Shown piece by piece: positions 1-10,147 of a DNA stretch of 64,000 bases (position 1 is the stretch's first letter; the number at the start of each line of letters is the position of its first letter). Source of the DNA: a bacterium BMS3Abin11 (GTDB lineage Bacteria > Pseudomonadota > Gammaproteobacteria > BMS3Bbin11); contig BDTD01000011.1 in the NCBI GenBank assembly GCA_002897635.1, positions 76,436 to 140,435 on the forward strand. Direction: 5' to 3'. A model generated the notes under the pieces. That model worked only from the letters and a program-made list of their open reading frames with translations, had not been told where the DNA came from and searched no databases. The position numbers and the translations under genes were made by a program.

Positions 1-34
1 GGCCCGGATGGCATAGAAATTCATGTTTTATCCT

Positions 35-961
35 TTAGGGCACCCTATTAATGAGGTTAACGAAGATTTCTTCCAGCGAACTCTGGCTGGAGTGAAGATC
101 CTTAAAGTCTATGTCGTGCTTACCCAGCTCACGCAATAAGCTGGAGATCCCCGTGTGCTCCCGCTGTGTATCAAAAGTGTAGGTCAACACCTCACCATCC
201 GACGATAGATGCAGTGAATAATCGGCAAGTTCTTCGGGGATACTGGTTAATGGATGTTGCAGGGTCAGTGCCAGCTGCTTTTTCCCCAGCCTATTCATCA
301 GCACGGTCTTCTCTTCAACCACGCTGATCTCGCCATCCGTAATAATAGCAATGCGGTCGGCCATCTCTTCGGCCTCATCAATATAATGCGTTGTCAGGAT
401 GATAGTGACGCCACTTTCGCGCAGATGACGAACCATGTTCCACATCGCATGTCGTTGCTCAACATCGATGCCCGCTGTAGGTTCATCAAGAAACAGGATT
501 TTTGGCTCATGCGCCAGTGCCTTGGCAATCAGCACCCGCCGCTTCATGCCACCCGACAAATTAATGATCCTCTCATCACGCCTGTCCCACAAAGACAGGT
601 CACGCAGCACTTTTTCACAATGCGCGGGGTTAGCTGATTTACCGAACAGACCACGACTGAAATTCATCGTCGCCCAGACACTCTCAAAGGTTCCAGTAGC
701 AAGCTCCTGCGGTACCAGGCCAATTCTCGACCGTGCCTGCCGGTAATCTGTACGGATATCATGACCGTCCACAGCCACACTTCCCTCACTGGCAGTGACC
801 AGTCCGCAGATAATACTTATAAGCGTCGTCTTGCCGGCACCATTGGGACCCAACAGGGCAAAAATTTCTCCTCGATGTATATTCAGATTAATGTTGTTCA
901 GCGCACACAAGCCAGACGCATAGGTTTTGGACAGGCTTTTGATTGAAATGACTGGCTGCAC
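35..961 (-). CDS. ABC transporter ATP-binding protein (ABC-2 type)
   Basis: Walker [13 protein letters not shown] signature LSGGMKRR and Walker [13 protein letters not shown] are all present in the translated ORF. Confidence 0.85.
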   Translation of the reverse strand: MQPVISIKSLSKTYASGLCALNNINLNIHRGEIFALLGPNGAGKTTLISIICGLVTASEGSVAVDGHDIRTDYRQARSRIGLVPQELATGTFESVWATMNFSRGLFGKSANPAHCEKVLRDLSLWDRRDERIINLSGGMKRRVLIAKALAHEPKILFLDEPTAGIDVEQRHAMWNMVRHLRESGVTIILTTHYIDEAEEMADRIAIITDGEISVVEEKTVLMNRLGKKQLALTLQHPLTSIPEELADYSLHLSSDGEVLTYTFDTQREHTGISSLLRELGKHDIDFKDLHSSQSSLEEIFVNLINRVP

Positions 962-1067
962 GCATTTTCCTTTACTGCTGATATTGGACAGCTGCTGGCT
1001 GGGCGGCTATAACTTTCAATGGGCCTGATCATCGGGATGGAGCACAGGCCAGATTGTTTAACTATCG

Positions 1068-1427
1068 TCAGGCAACCACATCTGACCAGACTGCAAATTC
1101 ATTGTCATTCGGATCACTGAAATGGAACCGTCTACCGCCCGGAAATGAAAAAATCTCCTTAATAATTTTACCGCCGGCATTTTCTATTTTTGCTTGCATA
1201 GCCTCAAGATCCTTACTATAAAAAACCACCAGTGCACTTCCCTTTTCCGTGGACATATTTTTACCAGATTTAAAAAAACCGCCCTTTATCCCCGCATTGG
1301 AAAAAGTGGCATATTCAAGCCCGTAGTCAACGAAGCTCCAGTTAAACACTGTGGTAAAAAATACTTTAGCTGCATTCAGATCTTCGGCAGGGAATTCAAG
1401 ATAGTTTATTTTTCCGTCTTTGCTCAT
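1068..1427 (-). CDS. VOC family (glyoxalase/bleomycin-resistance fold) protein
   Basis: 119 aa with a PhnB/glyoxalase-like pattern (NYLEFPAEDL...FHFSDPNDNEFAV). Confidence 0.65.
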   Translation of the reverse strand: MSKDGKINYLEFPAEDLNAAKVFFTTVFNWSFVDYGLEYATFSNAGIKGGFFKSGKNMSTEKGSALVVFYSKDLEAMQAKIENAGGKIIKEIFSFPGGRRFHFSDPNDNEFAVWSDVVA

Positions 1428-1460
1428 CTCATGCGCCTCCGCGTTTAGGGTACCTCTAAA

Positions 1461-1865
1461 TTATAAAATATCCCTGGGCAACATCTTAAATGACGGGATG
1501 TTGCCAGAAAGTATACTCCAGTCTGCCTTTGAGCCAACAAAACAATCAGCAACTGGTTTTACATCTACCTCATCATCCACACAGGCCAGTGCAACACTAA
1601 AATACTGAGATTTATCCGGTGCATAATTCATTAACTTTGAACCGCAGTTTGAACAAAAAGCGCGGATACCGCGCCGCCCCTGATATTCGGACAACATCTC
1701 TTCACCTTTTAAAAATCTCAGTGTTCCAGCTTTAGCAAATACCTGCGTCGCAAATGCCGCTCCATGCGATTTGCGGCACAAAGAACAGTGGCAGTTAAAA
1801 ACCTTGTCTGGAATCAGCTCTACTTCATACTCAACAGCGCCGCACAAGCAGCTTCCTTTAACCAT
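1461..1865 (-). CDS. GFA family protein (glutathione-dependent formaldehyde-activating enzyme-like, CENP-V fold)
   Basis: GSCLCGAV...CHCSLCRK...CSNCGS cysteine pattern typical of the GFA domain. Confidence 0.8.
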   Translation of the reverse strand: MVKGSCLCGAVEYEVELIPDKVFNCHCSLCRKSHGAAFATQVFAKAGTLRFLKGEEMLSEYQGRRGIRAFCSNCGSKLMNYAPDKSQYFSVALACVDDEVDVKPVADCFVGSKADWSILSGNIPSFKMLPRDIL

Positions 1866-1947
1866 TATCTCGCCTCCTCAGGAAACAACACCCACAAATC
1901 ATCGCAGGCTGTATAATCAACGCAATTGATAATAACATAATGACCCC

Positions 1948-2352
1948 ATGAAACTACTGATACGTAACCTGGCCCGCACAACTACGGAAGTAGAGCTTCG
2001 GAGAATGTTCGAAGCCCACGGACCGGTACAGTCCTGCAGCCTGGTAATGGACAGGCAAACTGGCAAGTCCAAGGGCTTTGCTTTTATCGAAATGCCCAGA
2101 CCGGGCGATGCCAAAGCTGCTGTAAAAACTCTCAATGGCAAGGATGTCGCCGGTAATGTAATCCGTGTTAAAAGGGCCACTACGAAAAAGTCCACAGCAG
2201 AAAAAGTTTTCCCTGGCAGGACAGAATCTAAAAAAACCGAAACAGGGAATAGTGTGGTAAAGACAGATGAACCAGAAAAACCCGAACCACAAAAGCCCAA
2301 ACTGAAAAAAAATACTGCCGTAAACTATAACATCTGGTCGTCAAATGACTAA
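1948..2352 (+). CDS. RRM-type RNA-binding protein
   Basis: RNP-2 LIRNLA and RNP-1 KGFAFIEM motifs, with a Lys/Pro-rich tail. The stop codon TAA lies inside the MITE terminal motif. Confidence 0.8.
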   Translation: MKLLIRNLARTTTEVELRRMFEAHGPVQSCSLVMDRQTGKSKGFAFIEMPRPGDAKAAVKTLNGKDVAGNVIRVKRATTKKSTAEKVFPGRTESKKTETGNSVVKTDEPEKPEPQKPKLKKNTAVNYNIWSSND

Positions 2353-2565
2353 GGAACCTCTGATGTGTCTGGACGAAGTAGATTGCGATCTAAAATATTC
2401 AGGTTTGAGGCGTAAATCGCAAGGCCGCTCAATGACATCCTGTCATCGCGGCACTTGTACATCCATGTACTTCGTAATAGCTAGCTATTTTGAAGGTTTG
2501 CAACGAAAAAACTGGATATTTTAGGCGTAAGATACGAGTTCATGAATTGATCAGAGGTTCCCTAA
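2351..2565. mobile_element. MITE-like element with terminal inverted repeats AAGGAACCTCTGAT...ATCAGAGGTTCC (about 215 bp)
   Basis: Termini are inverted copies of each other. A second, shorter copy sits at 18078..18241 in opposite orientation and lacks about 50 internal bp. Confidence 0.7.
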
Positions 2566-2798
2566 ATCAGGAGGTGGCGATCCACTGCATGGCGTGACTC
2601 TGGAGATGATAGTCACCCGATTGCAGGGAAAGTACGGCTGGGAAGAACTGGGTCGTCGCATCAATATAAAATATTTTACTAACGATCCAGACATAAACTC
2701 CAGCCTGAACCCCGTATCTCATTCTTGTATGAATCTTGACATAAAGCCCGACCTTGTACTAGATTTACACCGTTAATCGAACGTACACTGAGGATATA

Positions 2799-3023
2799 AT
2801 GAACGTATTGATAATTGCAACCAAAGGCTGTCGCCATTGCAATAACCTGGCTACGGAATTGAATGAACTAGGGATTGAGCACAAACTGGTTTATGCTGAA
2901 TCTGAGCCAGAGTTGGTAGAAAAATATAGTATTCGTCATTCACCTAATTTGATCGTAGATGATGAAGTTAAATTTCGACGGCAGCCTACAGAACAGGAAT
3001 TACGAGAGTGTCTGAATTTATAA
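2799..3023 (+). CDS. glutaredoxin-like thioredoxin-fold protein
   Basis: 74 aa with a CRHC (CxxC) motif near the N-terminus, size and layout typical of NrdH/glutaredoxin-like proteins. Confidence 0.6.
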   Translation: MNVLIIATKGCRHCNNLATELNELGIEHKLVYAESEPELVEKYSIRHSPNLIVDDEVKFRRQPTEQELRECLNL

Positions 3024-3317
3024 TCTCCTCAGAAATATTTTGAACAATTTAGGTGTGGCACTACCCCACTAAGCCATCGTTCGGGCGAATAAATCAGAAC
3101 TGAATTACTGATTCTCGCAAAAGAGGTCAAAAAGAACTTCCGGAGTGTAACCACATGTCATTCCAAAAAAATATCTCGATCAAGACATTTATAGCGACTA
3201 CTTTCCCTGCCACCATACGGGTAAACTCCTGAATACAGAATTATCCATCGGTTCAGCCAGGGTTCAGCCGCCCTGTTATTTAATAGCCCTCAAGCTAACT
3301 AAAACGAGGGCTTAGCC

Positions 3318-3644
3318 ATGAAAGTTACAATACAACCTATTGATAGAACTCACCGACTGATTAAGACCAGTGTTTTGCTGATGGTCACAATCCCATTACT
3401 CGTTGTTGGCACGGCTTACGCAAGTCATCGCCATCATGATTACAATTCAGGGACATCGATAACTTTCGGTTATATTTTTTACCCGAAAGCACCTCTGTAC
3501 CATAAGGCCTATAGGCACCCGCGTCATTATCGATATTACAACTCTCACTACCGGGGTCATTACGGCCGCTACAATCCCTGGAGAAATGAGCATGCGTACA
3601 AATATCGTAGAAATCATTACAACGGCTATCGTGATGATGATTAG
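3318..3644 (+). CDS. hypothetical secreted His/Tyr/Arg-rich protein
   Basis: N-terminal hydrophobic signal/TM segment, followed by a low-complexity region extremely rich in H, Y, R and N (HRHHDY...RHPRHYRYYNSHYRGHYGRY). Confidence 0.4.
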   Translation: MKVTIQPIDRTHRLIKTSVLLMVTIPLLVVGTAYASHRHHDYNSGTSITFGYIFYPKAPLYHKAYRHPRHYRYYNSHYRGHYGRYNPWRNEHAYKYRRNHYNGYRDDD

Positions 3645-3785
3645 AGAAATGGTGGCCTATATGTTTTCGTCATTATCAGAAAGAGTATAAAAGTCCATAA
3701 TAGCGCTAATAATGTATATTATCTTCGCTTAAATATAACGCCTATTATATTTAGCTATTATAAATAATATAGATAAGAATCGCTA

Positions 3786-4247
3786 TTAATTGATGAGTTC
3801 GGGCCTAACCATCCACTGCAACTGCCAAACTCCTTCATCCGTGGATTCCAGGAAAACTATACTTCCTGGTGTGTAGGATACGATGACCACATCGGAAGCT
3901 CCTGTCACCAGAAAACTAACCAGCTTCGACATGAATGGCAGGTGGCCAACAACCAGAATATCTTCGTCCCAGTTCATCAACCGATTTGCAAAACCCTCAA
4001 CCGAGTCATTCGGGTTAATACCACTGATCGCCTCAACTGGAAACTCTCCCGTTATTATTGCTGTAAATATCTCAGCCGTCTGTTGCGCTCGCGTCTTGCC
4101 ACTATGCATGACTCGCGAAACTGTCATATGGCCTGCAAGAAAAGCTGCCAACCGTTCCACCTCTGCATGCCCCACATTACTCAAGGGCCGGTCAGCATCA
4201 ATATCCTTAGTCAGTGCTTCACCATGTTGCACAAGATAGAGTTTCAT
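3786..4247 (-). CDS. sixA: phosphohistidine phosphatase SixA
   Basis: LYLVQHGEA N-terminal histidine-phosphatase motif, about 153 aa, matching the SixA family. Confidence 0.8.
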   Translation of the reverse strand: MKLYLVQHGEALTKDIDADRPLSNVGHAEVERLAAFLAGHMTVSRVMHSGKTRAQQTAEIFTAIITGEFPVEAISGINPNDSVEGFANRLMNWDEDILVVGHLPFMSKLVSFLVTGASDVVIVSYTPGSIVFLESTDEGVWQLQWMVRPELIN

Positions 4248-4491
4248 TCGCGATCCATCCCCCTGATATAAAGAAAGCAGTTATATTTCAGTTTAGCATT
4301 AATTACGGCATCACGAGCGAGGCATGGCAAGCTTAAAAATACAGGGATCGCACGGTTACTCAATAGTATGTGCAGGGGTGGTACTCATACCAATAAATAG
4401 AAGCTCCCATAAAACATAATACGTAATGCGTAAAACATCCCCTCCCCCCCTTGACTAATTAGGACAGTTGTATTATTTTATACTTGATGAT

Positions 4492-4507
4492 TAGGACATG
4501 CGTCCTA
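4492..4507. promoter_or_regulatory. perfect 16 bp palindrome TAGGACATGCGTCCTA, candidate TetR-family operator in the nemA-like promoter region
   Basis: It lies about 50 bp upstream of the OYE gene start, downstream of TTGACT/TATACT-like -35/-10 elements. An additional half-site ATTAGGACA lies 25 bp upstream. Confidence 0.45.
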
Positions 4508-4555
4508 TTTTAATACGGAATATTAAAATAAATACCTGTCAAACTGGAGAAAATA

Positions 4556-5647
4556 ATGAGCAATAACCTGTTTAGTTCAATCACAGTGGGTGATCTCACA
4601 TTACCCAACCGGATGGTCATGGCACCGATGACGCGTAATCGTGCCAACCAGGACAACGCTCCGCACAGTCTGAATGTAAAATACTACCAGCAGCGCGCCA
4701 ACGCCGGTTTAATCATTACCGAAGGCTCGCAGGTCTCGATGGAGGGTGTGGGTTACCCCGGTACGCCAGGCATCTATAGCGATGTGCAAGTGGCCGGCTG
4801 GCGCGAAATTACCGATGCCGTACACGCCAAAGGTGGGCATATCTTTATACAGCTCTGGTATTGTGGACGTATCTCCCATCCAGATTTATTACCCGACAAC
4901 CAGACACCAGTCGCACCTTCCGCAATAAAACCGGAAGGTGATGCCGTTACCTTTGAAGGGATGAAACCTTTTATCACACCACGGGCACTCGAAACCGATG
5001 AGATTGCGGGCATTGTGGCACAGTACAAACATGCGGCGGAAATGGCCATAAAGGCGGGTTTTGATGGTGTTGAAGTGCATGGCGCAAATGGATATCTCAT
5101 CGATCAGTTCCTGCGAGATGGATCCAATCATCGCACTGACCGGTATGGTGGCAGCGTTGAAAACCGTATGCGCTTTCTCAATGAGGTACTCGATGCGGTA
5201 TGTGAAGTATGGCCTGACCAGCGCGTTGGGCTAAGACTGACACCGGAAAATAGTTTTAACAGCATGTCAGACTCCGATCCACAGACGCACTTTGCCTATT
5301 TTATTACACAGCTTAATTCACGCAAGCTGGCATATTTGCATATACTGGAAGGCGATATGATAAGCAAACAACGGCATGTCAACTACCGCAGCCTGCGTGA
5401 TAGCTTTGATGGTATTTACATAGCCAATAATGCATATGACAAAACGCGTGCTGAAGAAGGTATACGCAACGGAGATTGTGACATGGTTGCTTTCGGCATT
5501 CCTTTTCTGGCGAACCCAGATCTGGTATACCGTTATCAAAACGACCTGGCATTAAATGAAGCGGATCCGGACAGCTTTTATGGTGGTGATGAACACGGCT
5601 ACACAGACTACCCCTTTGCCGAGCACGTTAGCGCCGAATCGGCGTGA
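4556..5647 (+). CDS. nemA: NADH:flavin oxidoreductase, Old Yellow Enzyme family (N-ethylmaleimide reductase-like)
   Basis: OYE hallmarks are present: PLTRxR-like MAPMTRNRA, HGANGYLIDQF, RxDxYGGS. Length is 363 aa. Confidence 0.85.
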   Translation: MSNNLFSSITVGDLTLPNRMVMAPMTRNRANQDNAPHSLNVKYYQQRANAGLIITEGSQVSMEGVGYPGTPGIYSDVQVAGWREITDAVHAKGGHIFIQLWYCGRISHPDLLPDNQTPVAPSAIKPEGDAVTFEGMKPFITPRALETDEIAGIVAQYKHAAEMAIKAGFDGVEVHGANGYLIDQFLRDGSNHRTDRYGGSVENRMRFLNEVLDAVCEVWPDQRVGLRLTPENSFNSMSDSDPQTHFAYFITQLNSRKLAYLHILEGDMISKQRHVNYRSLRDSFDGIYIANNAYDKTRAEEGIRNGDCDMVAFGIPFLANPDLVYRYQNDLALNEADPDSFYGGDEHGYTDYPFAEHVSAESA

Positions 5648-5674
5648 CTACGTAAAAAAAAACAGGAACAGAAC

Positions 5675-6268
5675 ATGGGGAACAAAGGTGAAGCATTACG
5701 ACAACGGATTGTCGCATCTGCCGACCAGCTGTTTTACCAACAAGGATATGAAAACACTTCATTCAGCGACATAGCCGAAGACGTGGGGATCTCGCGTGGT
5801 AATTTCTATTATCACTTTAAAAGTAAAGATGAAATTTTAAACGCGGTTATAGACACCCGGCTCACCGACATCGAGCAGATGCTAGATGAATGGAGTAAAA
5901 AGTATACTGATCCCAGACAACGTATTATTATGTACATTGATATACTTACCAACCATCAGGACAATATTAAAAATCACGGCTGCCCCTTAGGCAGCCTGTG
6001 TACCGAGCTGGCAAAACAAAGTCACGTCATGTTGCAGGACGCGAACAAAATGTTTGCCATACAGCGTGACTGGTTAACAGTACAACTGAAAGAACTCGGC
6101 CTGGGTAAAAACGCCAAACAGGTTGCAATGCACTTATTGGCCCGCTCACAGGGCATCGCCACCATCACCAATGCCTTTGAAGATCAAGACTTTCTGCGTC
6201 AGGATGTAAAACGTTTAAAACAATGGCTAGATGAACAGATCCAGGGCCAGAACAAAAGTGGGAATTGA
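5675..6268 (+). CDS. TetR/AcrR family transcriptional regulator
   Basis: N-terminal HTH with GYENTSFSDIAEDVGISRGNFYYHFKSKDEIL. Confidence 0.85.
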   Translation: MGNKGEALRQRIVASADQLFYQQGYENTSFSDIAEDVGISRGNFYYHFKSKDEILNAVIDTRLTDIEQMLDEWSKKYTDPRQRIIMYIDILTNHQDNIKNHGCPLGSLCTELAKQSHVMLQDANKMFAIQRDWLTVQLKELGLGKNAKQVAMHLLARSQGIATITNAFEDQDFLRQDVKRLKQWLDEQIQGQNKSGN

Positions 6269-6345
6269 CCCTGTTATTCTCTCACAAAACGTCCTGGGTA
6301 CGGCAAAAACCTGAGACACTTTACCTGGAAACAGTTCGGTCTGAT

Positions 6346-6494
6346 AATAAACTACCCCGCAGCAAGCTGACGGGGTATTAAATGTAGGTGCGAATTCATT
6401 CGCACAGCGATGCCAATGTTTATGCACATTGTGCGAATGAATTCGCACCTACAGTTTTCGTGGCAAGCCACGGGGAATTATGCCCATAGGGATT
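6346..6494. mobile_element. 149 bp palindromic MITE-like repeat (copy A)
   Basis: Identical to the copy at 23081..23229. Contains a perfect 23 bp inverted repeat, GTAGGTGCGAATTCATTCGCACA / TGTGCGAATGAATTCGCACCTAC. Confidence 0.8.
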
Positions 6495-6540
6495 AACAGT
6501 ATTATCAGCGAAAAATGAAGGCACGAGCAGATACAAGCTG

Positions 6541-6700
6541 GTATATTATGGATCCGAACCTGAGTTGGTAGAAAAATAGAGGTGCCCTAATAGTATTCGT
6601 CATTTGCCTAATTAGGTCATAGATGATGAAGTTAATTTTTAGCGGCAGTCAACAGAACAAGAATTACGAAAGTGTTTGAATTTATAATACCCCACTGGCA
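6541..6700 (+). pseudogene. degenerate segmental duplicate of the 3' end of the glutaredoxin-like gene and its downstream flank
   Basis: About 80% identity to 2895..3070, with indels including a 12 bp insertion GAGGTGCCCTAA. There is no intact ORF. Confidence 0.6.
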
Positions 6701-6733
6701 GCCACATAACTCACAATAAAGTGCAAATCTGAT

Positions 6734-7489
6734 ATGTCAAATGTCAGTCCTGAACCCGTTACTCGTACCCACATGAATAAAATTGTAGTTACTGGATTTG
6801 TACTCATTGTCCTTTCGGTTGTGGCCGCCATGATAGCGCCATTAGGGAGCCGGATAGGTTATTGGGATTATACTGCTGCAGTAATGATTCTTGAATGGGC
6901 AGCCTATACAGGTACTGCATCTGCTTTGATTTGCCTGATTGGCACTTTTGTTGTGCGACCCAGAAATAGCCGCCTGGGATTTTTCTTAACCCTGCTCGGC
7001 TTAGCGATCATTATTCCGACACTTCTGTATTTGATGTACTGGAAGGATGCAGAAGAGAATGCACCACCCATACAGGACATCACCACGAATACAGAAAACC
7101 CACCCGAGTTCTGGGCTGCGCCAAATGCGCGTGTCTATGGGGGAGCCGCAGTAGCCACCTACCAGAAGGAAGCATACCCATATATTCAGCCATTACTGTT
7201 ACCAGTGCCTCCAGACAAAGCATTTGATTATGCAATAGAAGTGGTTCGGCAAAAAGGCTGGGATTTATTGGATGCAAATCGTAAGGATATGCATATTGAA
7301 GCAACTGAATCCACATTCTGGTTTGGTTTTAGTGATGATGTAGCCATAAACATCACTGCAACAGATTCAGGTGGCAGTCGGGTTGATATGCGTTCGACAT
7401 CACGCTTTGGTAGTGGTGGAGATGGCGGGACCAACGCCAGGCGGATTCGATCATTTTTTGCTACTTTAAAACCCAAAGCTGATAAATAA
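6734..7489 (+). CDS. DUF1499 domain-containing membrane protein
   Basis: Three predicted TM helices, then a C-terminal region with FWFGFSDDV...RSTSRFGSGGDGGTNARRI typical of DUF1499. Confidence 0.65.
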   Translation: MSNVSPEPVTRTHMNKIVVTGFVLIVLSVVAAMIAPLGSRIGYWDYTAAVMILEWAAYTGTASALICLIGTFVVRPRNSRLGFFLTLLGLAIIIPTLLYLMYWKDAEENAPPIQDITTNTENPPEFWAAPNARVYGGAAVATYQKEAYPYIQPLLLPVPPDKAFDYAIEVVRQKGWDLLDANRKDMHIEATESTFWFGFSDDVAINITATDSGGSRVDMRSTSRFGSGGDGGTNARRIRSFFATLKPKADK

Positions 7490-7494
7490 TATTC

Positions 7495-7788
7495 TTATCT
7501 CATCGACCTTTTATCTAGCAAATCGGTTGCCATCTCATAGTAGGCGATGGCCTCGTCAATAAGGTGTCTGGATTTTATGGTGTCTTTGTTTAGATTCTCG
7601 CCCGTTGTAGCATCCAGGACATTGACGCGTTGATTCGGTGATAATTCCACTACCACGTTATCTTGCATATACCCGACAGTCAGGTAATTAGCCATCAATG
7701 TGCGCTGGTGACGCCCCTGTTCATTTAATATATCTTCACCAAAAAAATATGAGTCGTAGTTGAAATTTAGCATCCCAAACAGGGTCAA
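7495..7788 (-). CDS. hypothetical protein
   Basis: 97 aa ORF with no recognisable motif. Confidence 0.35.
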   Translation of the reverse strand: MTLFGMLNFNYDSYFFGEDILNEQGRHQRTLMANYLTVGYMQDNVVVELSPNQRVNVLDATTGENLNKDTIKSRHLIDEAIAYYEMATDLLDKRSMR

Positions 7789-8088
7789 ATGGGTAATGAA
7801 ATTCTTTTATAAAAGGATTCGCTGCCATCAGGGACAGGCCTTATATTTTACATTCAAGTGATTCTACTGCTCGATGGACCGCCGCAAACTCACATCAAAG
7901 TGCAAATCAGATATGTCATATTTAAGACCCTGTTACTTTGTAGGTATATTTTTTTTACTTTTTTAATGAAGATATTTGATTCGTTGAGGTATGGGTATGA
8001 TGGGAGTTCATTAAAATATTTAATGTTGATAAATAGGATTGAACATCCCACTTGAAATTTCAACTTTTTCTTATGAATCTGCAATCAC

Positions 8089-9132
8089 CTATGAAGCCTT
8101 GGCTTCAAATGATGCCCGTGCACTACTATCTTCACTTTTAACAATTACAAGATTTGAAACAAACTGGTTTGTCGCACGTTCCCATGAATGTCTTTCTGCA
8201 TATGATTCACACATTTCTGGAGAAACACCAAGCGCCTGTTCTACCGCATAAGCAAGGTTGTCATCTACCCATCCATTAACACCATTTTCTATAATATCTT
8301 TCGGACCAGTAACTGGGTATGCAGCTACAGGCACCCCACATGCCATGGCTTCCAGCAACACCAGGCCAAAGGTGTCTGTCAGGCTGGGAAAGACCATTAC
8401 ATCTGCAGAAGCGAGATGTGCAACAAGATCCTTGCCGGTTTTATAGCCAACAAAACGGGTGTCTGGATATTGTTCTTTCAGTATATTCATCTCAGGTCCA
8501 TCCCCAATAACGTACTTGCTTGCCCTGATATCCAGATCTAGATAAGCCTTGATATTCTTTTCAACGGCAACACGACCAAGATAGACTGCAATAGGTCTGT
8601 CTCCGGTGAAACAGGATTCATTCTGTGGTTTAAACAGGTCGATATCAACACCCCGGCCCCAGCGTTTTAAATTTGTAAATCCCCTGGCATGCAGTTCAGT
8701 CTCTAGCGATGACGTTGCAACCATCGTTACACTGGCAGAGTTATGGAATCGTCTCATGTAGGCATAGGACAACAAAAAAGGCACGGGTAGTCGCAGGCGT
8801 AAATATTCAGGAAAGCGGGTATGGTAGGCCGTTGTATAATTTAGCCCGTGTTTCAGACAATAAGCTTTTGCTGCCAGACCAAGTGGGCCTTCTGTAGATA
8901 TATGTATGGCATCGGCATCAAAAGCATCCAGAATACGACCCAGCTTACGGGCGGGCAACCATGACAGGCGTATCTCCGGGTAACCCGGCATCGGAAATGT
9001 CCAGAAATCTGATGGGTTGAAAACGGCCACCCGGTGTCCCATCCTTGTTAACTGGGCAATGGTCTTTTTAAGAGTAATGACAACACCATTAATTTGCGGT
9101 GACCACGCATCGGTCACGATTGCGATCTTCAT
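8089..9132 (-). CDS. glycosyltransferase family 4 (GT-B fold)
   Basis: MKIAIVTDAWSPQINGV N-terminus and a C-terminal EAMACGVPV-type motif (E-x7-E region). Confidence 0.85.
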   Translation of the reverse strand: MKIAIVTDAWSPQINGVVITLKKTIAQLTRMGHRVAVFNPSDFWTFPMPGYPEIRLSWLPARKLGRILDAFDADAIHISTEGPLGLAAKAYCLKHGLNYTTAYHTRFPEYLRLRLPVPFLLSYAYMRRFHNSASVTMVATSSLETELHARGFTNLKRWGRGVDIDLFKPQNESCFTGDRPIAVYLGRVAVEKNIKAYLDLDIRASKYVIGDGPEMNILKEQYPDTRFVGYKTGKDLVAHLASADVMVFPSLTDTFGLVLLEAMACGVPVAAYPVTGPKDIIENGVNGWVDDNLAYAVEQALGVSPEMCESYAERHSWERATNQFVSNLVIVKSEDSSARASFEAKAS

Positions 9133-9901
9133 GCAGCTGTACTCCATCTATTAGATCAGCACTTTCTTCCAACCAGTGGATCAGGCGCAGTTTGCCATCT
9201 TCTTCCTCTGCCAATGCGGTACAACTTTCAACCCAGTCACCGCAATTAGCATAATTTATTCCATCGAAATCTGTAATTACGGCATGATGTATATGACCAC
9301 ATACAACACCATCTGCGTCATGTTGACGTGCAGCATGGACGACAGCCTCTTCGAAATTGCTAACGTAGTTAACTGCTTTTTTAACCTTGTTCTTGATATG
9401 TTTAGATAGTGACCAGTAGCCAAAGCCAAGTTTTCTACGTACCCAATTGAACCAGTGATTCATTATGATCAGCAGGTCATAAGCTTCACTGCCGAGTTTT
9501 GCTATCCACTTGTTGTTTAGTGTTATGGCATCAAATTCATCACCGTGAAGAATTAAAAGTCTCTTACCGTCTTCCGTAATATGCTCCGCTCTTAACTTTA
9601 TCTGTATACCGGAAAAATCGAAGTCGTTGTAATCACGAAAGAATTCATCATGATTACCAGGTACATAGATAACATGTGTTCCCCTACTTGCCTTTTCGAT
9701 GAGCAACCGAACAATACGATTGTTTATTTCCGGCCAATACCAACCACGCTTAATTTTCCATATATCAATAATATCTCCTACCAGGTACAGGTATTCTGAT
9801 TCTGTATGTCTTAGAAAATCGTAAAGGTATTCTGTACGGGAAGCTTTAAGTCCAAGATGTGTATCGGATATCCAGATGGAGCGATACGTAACTAGCTTCA
9901 T
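9089..9901 (-). CDS. LpxH-like UDP-2,3-diacylglucosamine diphosphatase family metallophosphoesterase
   Basis: Calcineurin-like motifs are present: SDTHLG, GDIIDIW, GNHDE, HGDEFD, GHIHH. It overlaps the GT4 gene end, consistent with an operon. Confidence 0.7.
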   Translation of the reverse strand: MKLVTYRSIWISDTHLGLKASRTEYLYDFLRHTESEYLYLVGDIIDIWKIKRGWYWPEINNRIVRLLIEKASRGTHVIYVPGNHDEFFRDYNDFDFSGIQIKLRAEHITEDGKRLLILHGDEFDAITLNNKWIAKLGSEAYDLLIIMNHWFNWVRRKLGFGYWSLSKHIKNKVKKAVNYVSNFEEAVVHAARQHDADGVVCGHIHHAVITDFDGINYANCGDWVESCTALAEEEDGKLRLIHWLEESADLIDGVQLHEDRNRDRCVVTAN

Positions 9902-10147
9902 AGTTTTCTCCGTTTATCGTATTCGCGCCGAATTTATACTCTTAAAATATGACAAAATTATGATGCTTTTATGATGATTATATTAAACGTGTATAGAGCA
10001 AGTATACTGATAATAATTCATCATCCTGTCATATAACCCATGCATATTCGCAACAATGAATCTTCGCGTTGCATATGATCTTCTTACAGGATTGTCACCC
10101 AGCAGATGGCTGTGTCTTGATGGCTTTAAAAAAGTGATAAGAGAACT

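Noticed and set aside
254-946. Plus-strand ORFs 254..637, 435..746 and 761..946 overlapping the ABC ATPase gene
   Set aside because: They lie entirely antisense to a well-supported CDS and have no motifs. They are typical shadow ORFs.
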